A program made the position numbers and the translations under genes. From Desulfotalea psychrophila LSv54 (GTDB lineage Bacteria > Desulfobacterota > Desulfobulbia > Desulfobulbales > Desulfocapsaceae): a DNA stretch of 32,000 nucleotides. The stretch spans positions 2,490,001-2,522,000 of the forward strand of contig NC_006138.1 in the NCBI RefSeq assembly GCF_000025945.1, given 5' to 3'. The stretch's first letter is position 1. The number at the start of each line of letters is the position of its first letter. The notes under the pieces were generated by a model that saw nothing but the letters and a program-made list of their open reading frames with translations, did no database searches and was not told the origin of the DNA. This document shows, piece by piece, positions 26,267 to 32,000 of the stretch.

Positions 26267-28060
26267 ATGAAAAATATTCGCAATTTTAGCATTATTGCCC
26301 ACATCGATCACGGCAAATCGACCCTAGCTGACCGTATGATCCAGGAATGTGGAGTAATAACCGCAAGGGATTTCCAAGACCAACTTCTCGATAATATGGA
26401 TATTGAACGGGAACGAGGGATTACCATTAAGAGCCAAACTGTATGTTTACCATACACAGCAAAAGATGGGAAAGAATATATCCTCAATCTCGTTGACACA
26501 CCGGGTCATGTAGATTTTAGCTACGAGGTGTCAAGAGCTCTTACCTCCTGCGAAGGTGCTCTGCTTATCGTTGATGCTGCGCAAGGTGTGGAAGCGCAGA
26601 CACTGGCTAATCTCTACCTTGCCATGGAAAACGATCTGGAGATCATCCCCGTTATTAATAAGATTGATCTTCCCTCTGCAGAGCCAGAAAAAGTTGCCCT
26701 GCAGATAGAAGAGGATCTTGGCCTTGACGCCGATCTTATTCAACTCTGCTCTGCTAAAACCGGTGTCGGGGTTCACGAGATTCTGGATAGCATCGTAGAA
26801 CATCTACCCGCACCTGAAGGTGATGCAAAGGCCCCCCTACAGGCCCTCATCTTTGATGCCAACTATGACCCATTTCGAGGTACCATCATCTCTGTTCGCC
26901 TCATCAACGGTACGGTGAAGGCAGGAGATATTATTAGGTTCATGTCCACTGGAATTGAGTACAAGGTAGAAGAGGTGGGACTCTTCAAGGTACAACGAGA
27001 GGCACGGAAAACACTTTCAGCAGGTGAGGTCGGCTATATTCTGGCTGGCATTAAAACTGTTCAGGATACCCGACCAGGAGAAACTATCACCCTCAAGGCC
27101 AATCCCTGCGAGGCCGCTCTGGCCGGTTTTCAGGAGGTCCAGCAGGTAGTTTTCTCCTCGATCTACCCGATCGACACCGACGATTACGAAGATCTTGTGG
27201 TGGCTCTGGAAAAGCTCAAGCTCAATGATGCCGCTCTTACCTTTGAGAAAGATTCTTCGGTAGCCCTTGGCTTTGGTTTTCGCTGTGGTTTTCTGGGACT
27301 TCTTCATCTGGAGGTTGTACAGGAACGGTTGGAACGAGAGTTTAATATTTCATTGATCCTTACCGTCCCTTCAGTAAAGTATATCTTCACCCTCTCCGAT
27401 GGCACGACTAAAGAGGTGGATAATCCGGCCCACTTTCCCGACCCGACTCATATCGACGAGGTAAAAGAGCCCTTTATCAAGGCCAGCATTCTTATCCCGG
27501 AAAAGTATATGGGTGCGGTAATGAATCTCTGTATGGAAAGACGTGGTGAAAATACCACTTTTCACTATCCTACCCCGGGTCGTATTGAGTTTATATGTGA
27601 ACTGCCATTGGCAGAGGTGATTTACGATTTTTACGATCGACTCAAGTCAGTAACCCAAGGGTATGGCTCCTTCGATTACGAGCTGATCGATTACCGTAAA
27701 TCTGATCTGGTAAAACTCGATATTCTGGTAAACAGTGAACCTGTTGATGCCCTTTCCCAGCTGGTACATCGTGTCAATGCCAGAAAAAGGGGTCTTCATT
27801 CCTGCGAAATGCTTAAGGAAGAAATTCCACGACAGATGTTTAAAATTGCTATCCAGGCAGCCATTGGCGGTAATGTTGTGGCCAGAACAAATATCTCTGC
27901 CATGCGAAAAGATGTTACGGCCAAATGTTATGGTGGTGATATTTCACGAAAGAGAAAACTTCTTGAAAAACAGAAGGCGGGAAAGAAGCGGATGAAAACA
28001 GTGGGTAATGTTGATATTCCGCAAACAGCCTTTCTTGCAGTGCTTAAATCCGAGCAGTAG
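26267..28060 (+). CDS. lepA: Elongation factor 4
   Basis: [29 protein letters not shown]...[16 protein letters not shown]...C-terminal [25 protein letters not shown]. Confidence 0.98.
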   Translation: MKNIRNFSIIAHIDHGKSTLADRMIQECGVITARDFQDQLLDNMDIERERGITIKSQTVCLPYTAKDGKEYILNLVDTPGHVDFSYEVSRALTSCEGALLIVDAAQGVEAQTLANLYLAMENDLEIIPVINKIDLPSAEPEKVALQIEEDLGLDADLIQLCSAKTGVGVHEILDSIVEHLPAPEGDAKAPLQALIFDANYDPFRGTIISVRLINGTVKAGDIIRFMSTGIEYKVEEVGLFKVQREARKTLSAGEVGYILAGIKTVQDTRPGETITLKANPCEAALAGFQEVQQVVFSSIYPIDTDDYEDLVVALEKLKLNDAALTFEKDSSVALGFGFRCGFLGLLHLEVVQERLEREFNISLILTVPSVKYIFTLSDGTTKEVDNPAHFPDPTHIDEVKEPFIKASILIPEKYMGAVMNLCMERRGENTTFHYPTPGRIEFICELPLAEVIYDFYDRLKSVTQGYGSFDYELIDYRKSDLVKLDILVNSEPVDALSQLVHRVNARKRGLHSCEMLKEEIPRQMFKIAIQAAIGGNVVARTNISAMRKDVTAKCYGGDISRKRKLLEKQKAGKKRMKTVGNVDIPQTAFLAVLKSEQ

Positions 28061-28069
28061 GAGATCTAT

Positions 28070-28110
28070 AAGCGTTGCCCCACAGAGAGTACTGAGGGAC
28101 AACGCTTTTT
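28070..28110. terminator. Rho-independent terminator after lepA
   Basis: AAGCGTTG (28070-28077) ... CAACGCTT (28100-28107) with an inner CCC/GGG pairing, followed by a T-run. Confidence 0.8.
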
Positions 28111-28130
28111 AAATTAATAGGTCAAGTTCT

Positions 28131-29273
28131 CTAGTTATAGGGGACAAACTTACCGTCTTCTACGGTGAGCATTGTAAAGGCCTCAATGCTTAAGCCGGAA
28201 TGATCCTTCGCTGAAAAATTAAACTCGCCTGCAGTACCCATAAAGCCCCTGGTAGCCTCCAGAACGCCACGCACCTTTTCTCTATCAAGGCCGACCTGCT
28301 TAATGGCATTGGCCAGAAGTAAAAGTGCATCATAGGAATGTCCGCCAAAGGTGCTGACCTCCTCCCCATAGCTATTTTCATAATCATTTTTAAACTGGAG
28401 AAGAAAATCTTTATCTACTCCTGCGGGGAGTTGTTTGGCAATGATCAGGCGACTGGCAGGAAAAAGAACACCCTCAGCAGCTGCACCTGCTGCCTGCACA
28501 TATTTAATATTGGCAAAGCCATGACTCTGAAAGATAGGTACATCCCAGCCAGCTTGTCTGATATTTTTCAGGACAATGGATTGGGCGGGGACAACGGACC
28601 AGTTCACAACAGCCTCTATCCCCGGTTGGGATTTTATCTTGGCCACAATGGCAGTAAGATCTGTAGCATTTTTATCATAAACCTCTGAGCTGACAACCTC
28701 TATGCCATATTTTTTTGCCCGCTTTAAAATTTGTCTCTTACCAGCCTTACCAAAGCCCGTATTACCACTGAGCAGGGCTATTTTTTTTATCCCTTTTTTC
28801 TGCATATAGATGAATATTTTTTCCACGGCAAGACCATCACTGGGGGCCGTTTTGAAAACATAGCTGGCCAGAGGGAAAACAATGCGGTCGGCTGAAGAAC
28901 AGGAGAGCAGGAGTGTCTTTGACCTCTGACAAAGTTTTTTTATCTTCAGCGTTTCGCCACTTGTAGAGGGGCCTATAATAGCAAAAACCTCCTTCTCCTC
29001 AATCAGCTGCCGGGCAAAGGAGATGGCCTTTTCACTACTGCCACCGCTGTCGCGAACAATCAACTCTATCTTTTTACCCTGAATTCCGCCTGCTCTGTTT
29101 ATTCGCTGGACAAGCATCTTGGCAGATTTTAATTCCGGTCCGCCTAGAAACGAGGCTGGTCCTGTTACCGCTAAAATAGCTCCCACCTTAATGTTTTCAG
29201 TAGCCCAGCTGGCCCCGGCGCTCATTAACAATAGTACTGCCACAGCAAATAAATGTATTATCTCTTTTTTCAT
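28131..29273 (-). CDS. ABC transporter substrate-binding protein (branched-chain amino-acid / LivJ type)
   Basis: MKKEIIHLFAVAVLLLMSAGASWATENIKVGAILAVTGPASFLGGPELKSAKMLVQRINRAGGIQGKKIELIVRDSGG; start at 29273 preferred. Confidence 0.93.
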   Translation of the reverse strand: MKKEIIHLFAVAVLLLMSAGASWATENIKVGAILAVTGPASFLGGPELKSAKMLVQRINRAGGIQGKKIELIVRDSGGSSEKAISFARQLIEEKEVFAIIGPSTSGETLKIKKLCQRSKTLLLSCSSADRIVFPLASYVFKTAPSDGLAVEKIFIYMQKKGIKKIALLSGNTGFGKAGKRQILKRAKKYGIEVVSSEVYDKNATDLTAIVAKIKSQPGIEAVVNWSVVPAQSIVLKNIRQAGWDVPIFQSHGFANIKYVQAAGAAAEGVLFPASRLIIAKQLPAGVDKDFLLQFKNDYENSYGEEVSTFGGHSYDALLLLANAIKQVGLDREKVRGVLEATRGFMGTAGEFNFSAKDHSGLSIEAFTMLTVEDGKFVPYN

Positions 29274-29578
29274 AGCTCCTTTCCTAAAATGAATTTTCCA
29301 AGACACAGCCCTTAACATGCCCCCAGGGGCAAGAGGGCGATTAGTTAAACCAGAGAAGAGAAATACAAGATTTTATTCAGGCAAACAAGGATAAAACAAA
29401 TCTAAAGAAAGAAGTTTGCCTCTCTTGATTAACAAAGATAGTCATCGACAGAGGGGTATAGAGGGTAAAAAAACAATCTCTTGCCAAAAGAGATCAGGCA
29501 GGTTTTTATAGGGATGCTTTCATCGCCTCAGGCTCTGAGTAACCTCAACATTCTTCTCTAAAATAAAGAAAAGCAGCT

Positions 29579-30181
29579 ATGATTCAAAAAATTTCTCACT
29601 ATATCCTCCGCCTAAATGGCTGGAAAATTATCCATACACCCATGCCGAAAAATAAATATCTTATTATCGGTGCCCCCCATACCAGTAACTGGGACTTTCC
29701 CCTTGCCCTCCTCTGTCTATCTGCACTTCACCTGCGTTTCTGGTGGGCGGCTAAGCACAGTCTTTTTCATTTCCCCCTTGGCTGGTTCTTTCGAAAAATG
29801 GGAGGAATAGCTGTCAACCGCCGGGTACGAAACGATTTTCTTCGCACAATAAAAAAAGAATATAATAAAAGAGAGGAGTTTATCCTGGCCATTGCCCCGG
29901 AGGGCACTCGCTCATTTACCAATCACTGGAAGTGTGGCTTTTACCAAATAGCAATCGAGGCAGAGGTGGATATTGCCCTCGCCTTTCTGGACTATTCAAC
30001 AAAGACAATGGGCATAGGAAAAATTATCCAACCAAGCGGCAATATAGAAGAAGATTTTGAGAAAATTGCTGCCTTTTATCATGATATAAAGGGTAAGTAC
30101 CCAGAAAAGCAGAGCACCATTGCCATTCGTGCAAACGAGCTCAAACACTTCAAACGAATGCAAGAAGGGCAAAAGAACTAG
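29579..30181 (+). CDS. PlsC-like 1-acylglycerol-3-phosphate acyltransferase family protein
   Basis: IIGAPHTSNWDFPLALLCL (H-x4-D variant of the acyltransferase box), FFRKMGGIAVNRR, AIAPEGTRS. Confidence 0.88.
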   Translation: MIQKISHYILRLNGWKIIHTPMPKNKYLIIGAPHTSNWDFPLALLCLSALHLRFWWAAKHSLFHFPLGWFFRKMGGIAVNRRVRNDFLRTIKKEYNKREEFILAIAPEGTRSFTNHWKCGFYQIAIEAEVDIALAFLDYSTKTMGIGKIIQPSGNIEEDFEKIAAFYHDIKGKYPEKQSTIAIRANELKHFKRMQEGQKN

Positions 30182-31077
30182 AGGGCCTCTATCTTGGCCT
30201 TTTGCGGTATTAGTAAAAAGAGGACTGCAAAAAAGATCAGCACTAAACCTACTCCAGAGAGCAGACAGAGTTTCTCGTCTAAGACAAAGACGGCAAGCAG
30301 ACCTGCCGTCATGGGCTCGGTAAGGGCTAGGGTTACGGCGGTGGAAACGGGAACTACCTCTAAACCCTTGACAAAGAGTAGGTAGGCGAGGGCCATGGAA
30401 AACAAACCCAGGTGAAGGATCATGACAAAACCTGAGGGGGAGAAAAGCCAGGAAATATCGACATAGAAAAGAACTGGGGTAAGTAACACTGCACCCACAC
30501 AAAAGAGCATTGCCGTCACCTCCTCTGCCTCCCTCTCCTGCAAAAGCGTCTTCATTATAAGGCTGGTGCCCGCGTAGGACAAACCAGCACAAAGGGCAAG
30601 CAGCACGCCCAGAAAGCTCCCCCATGAATCCGCCCCACCATTTTCAGCAAAGAGGAGCAGGGCGCAGCCACAGAGGGCCACTGTCGTTGACAGGTACCAG
30701 ATGAGTCGGGGTTTTTGCCGGAAAAAAATTATTTCAAGAACACCGGCAAAAATAGGGGCTGAACCAATACCTACAATGGTACCCACAGCAACACCCGCCA
30801 AAGCCACCCCGGAAAAGAATGTTGCCTGATAGAGAGCCACTAGGGCACCACCCAAAAAAACCAGACCCCAAGGCCAGGAGAGGCTACGCAGGCCACCACG
30901 GCAATAACTCATGAGGGCAAGCGCAATGCCGGCAACTATCAACCTCAAGGCACCGACAGCCAGGGGATTGCTTGTACTTGGCCCAAGGGCCTGGGCGGTA
31001 CCCGTTGTCCCCCAGAGCATACCGGCCAGGACAACATACAGGGCGCCAAAAGATATTTTTGTTGAACGTGTAGTCAC
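30178..31077 (-). CDS. EamA/DMT-superfamily transporter
   Basis: Ten predicted hydrophobic segments with duplicated EamA pattern (MLWGTTGTAQALGP...; TAVTLALTEPMTAGLLAVFVLDEKL). Confidence 0.88.
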   Translation of the reverse strand: MTTRSTKISFGALYVVLAGMLWGTTGTAQALGPSTSNPLAVGALRLIVAGIALALMSYCRGGLRSLSWPWGLVFLGGALVALYQATFFSGVALAGVAVGTIVGIGSAPIFAGVLEIIFFRQKPRLIWYLSTTVALCGCALLLFAENGGADSWGSFLGVLLALCAGLSYAGTSLIMKTLLQEREAEEVTAMLFCVGAVLLTPVLFYVDISWLFSPSGFVMILHLGLFSMALAYLLFVKGLEVVPVSTAVTLALTEPMTAGLLAVFVLDEKLCLLSGVGLVLIFFAVLFLLIPQKAKIEAL

Positions 31078-31119
31078 AGTCTCTCCATTATTTGTAATAA
31101 AAATGATAACAGTGGTGGA

Positions 31120-31788
31120 CTAATCTTCAACCTTTTCTTTTAATTTTCCTTTATCGACCACCTCTATCGCCCTACCATGAATGACGATAATCCCCTCGCT
31201 AGCAAATTGGCCAAAAATCCTCGACAGGGTTTCAGGAGCTGTCCCCAACAGGCTGGCCAACTGCCCCTTAGATATTTCCAAGCGGAGGGAAAGAGAATCC
31301 TGTTCCTCGGTTAACAAAAGTAAATATTTAGCAAGGCGGTGAGGTACCTCTTGAAGAGAGAGGGCCTCTACTTGTCGGGTGAATTTTCGTAATTTTGTGG
31401 CAAATATAGCAAGAAGGTTAAGCGCCAACTGAGAGTTCCTCTCTATAAGCGATACAAACTTTTCTCTTGGAAAGTAGAGCAGTTCCGTGTCAACAAGGCT
31501 CTCACCATTGGCTGGAAAAGGTTTACCCTGAAAGACAGCTGCCTCCCCAAAGGTCTCTAGATCTTTTAATATATGAAGAATTTGTTCCTTGCCACCCGCC
31601 GATATTTTATAGACTTTCACCCTGCCCGAAACGATAAGATAGAAGCCGTTGCCAGGATCCTGTTCAAAGAACAGGGACGTCCCCCGCTTCACTGAAATTT
31701 CCTTGGTAATTGTGGCAAGTTGAGCCAGTTGTTCGCCGGGGAGACCGGCAAAAAGTTCACAGTTGGCAAGTATACTTTCAATATTCAT
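31120..31788 (-). CDS. Crp/Fnr family transcriptional regulator
   Basis: cNMP-binding fold (GTSLFFEQDPGNGFYLIVSGRVKVYKISAGGKEQILHIL) plus HTH (SKGQLASLLGTAPETLSRIFGQFASEGII). Confidence 0.93.
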   Translation of the reverse strand: MNIESILANCELFAGLPGEQLAQLATITKEISVKRGTSLFFEQDPGNGFYLIVSGRVKVYKISAGGKEQILHILKDLETFGEAAVFQGKPFPANGESLVDTELLYFPREKFVSLIERNSQLALNLLAIFATKLRKFTRQVEALSLQEVPHRLAKYLLLLTEEQDSLSLRLEISKGQLASLLGTAPETLSRIFGQFASEGIIVIHGRAIEVVDKGKLKEKVED

Positions 31789-31930
31789 ATTTTCTTAAAA
31801 CCTCTTTTTTTACAATATGATAGCAAATCATCAATAAAGAAACAGCATAAATGATTCTTGAATTTTTTTAATAAGTATTTAAATTAGGTTCCCATTTAGG
31901 AGAGAGAATTACCTCAAACTTCAGGGCAAG

Positions 31931-32000
31931 ATGTATATGCGCAAAATAATCCATATTGATATGGACGCCTTTTTTGCCTCAATAGAACAACGAGACAGGC
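31931..32000 (+). CDS. dinB: Partial N-terminus of DNA polymerase IV
   Basis: ATGTATATGCGC...: MYMRKIIHIDMDAFFASIEQRDR, the family-Y polymerase N-terminus. Runs off the right edge and is absent from the ORF track. Confidence 0.93.
   Translation, partial: MYMRKIIHIDMDAFFASIEQRDR

Noticed and set aside
29996-30625. 209-aa minus-strand ORF
   Set aside because: Off-frame over the EamA transporter and antisense to the acyltransferase; rich in Arg/Cys/Pro as expected for a shadow frame.
1-32000. CRISPR arrays, prophage, IS elements, toxin-antitoxin or defence islands, rRNA/tRNA
   Set aside because: No regular repeats, transposase/integrase-like proteins or RNA gene signatures seen; the window looks like core genome.

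Overview
The window is a dense, mostly housekeeping bacterial chromosome segment. Gene content and protein style suggest a sulfate-reducing deltaproteobacterium (Desulfobulbales / Desulfotalea-like); this is inference. I see no phage, transposon, CRISPR array, rRNA or convincing tRNA. Recognisable genes: cob(I)yrinate adenosyltransferase (partial, minus, left edge), HU, LarE, PheA (chorismate mutase/prephenate dehydratase), MoaA, TsaD, DUF2062 protein, RsmA, a lipoprotein, a small S4-domain protein, PpaC, a secreted/TM hypothetical, a SprA-like HExxH protein, an M18 aminopeptidase, a lytic transglycosylase, EttA, L-serine ammonia-lyase, a Sua5/YrdC protein, a PurD-PurE fusion, GreA, a 1279-aa TPR + outer-membrane barrel protein, a DegT-family aminotransferase, RpoH, LepA, a LivJ-type binding protein, an acyltransferase, an EamA transporter, a Crp/Fnr regulator and the start of DinB (plus, right edge). 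The most interesting locus is 7484..8544, which the ORF track splits into pieces. It reads as one metallophosphoesterase/5'-nucleotidase-like secreted protein interrupted by a single in-frame UGA at 7616-7618. The UGA sits where relatives carry the second Cys of an (E)PCGC...GGLxRxA motif. A 6-bp hairpin with a GGUCU loop follows at the same spacing as the E. coli fdhF SECIS. Further down the same gene there is a probable -1 frameshift (~8105-8110). It is therefore either a missed selenoprotein (with sequencing error or recoding) or a decaying pseudogene. The PurD-PurE fusion and the orphan BcsC/PelB-like TPR-barrel protein are also worth a look.
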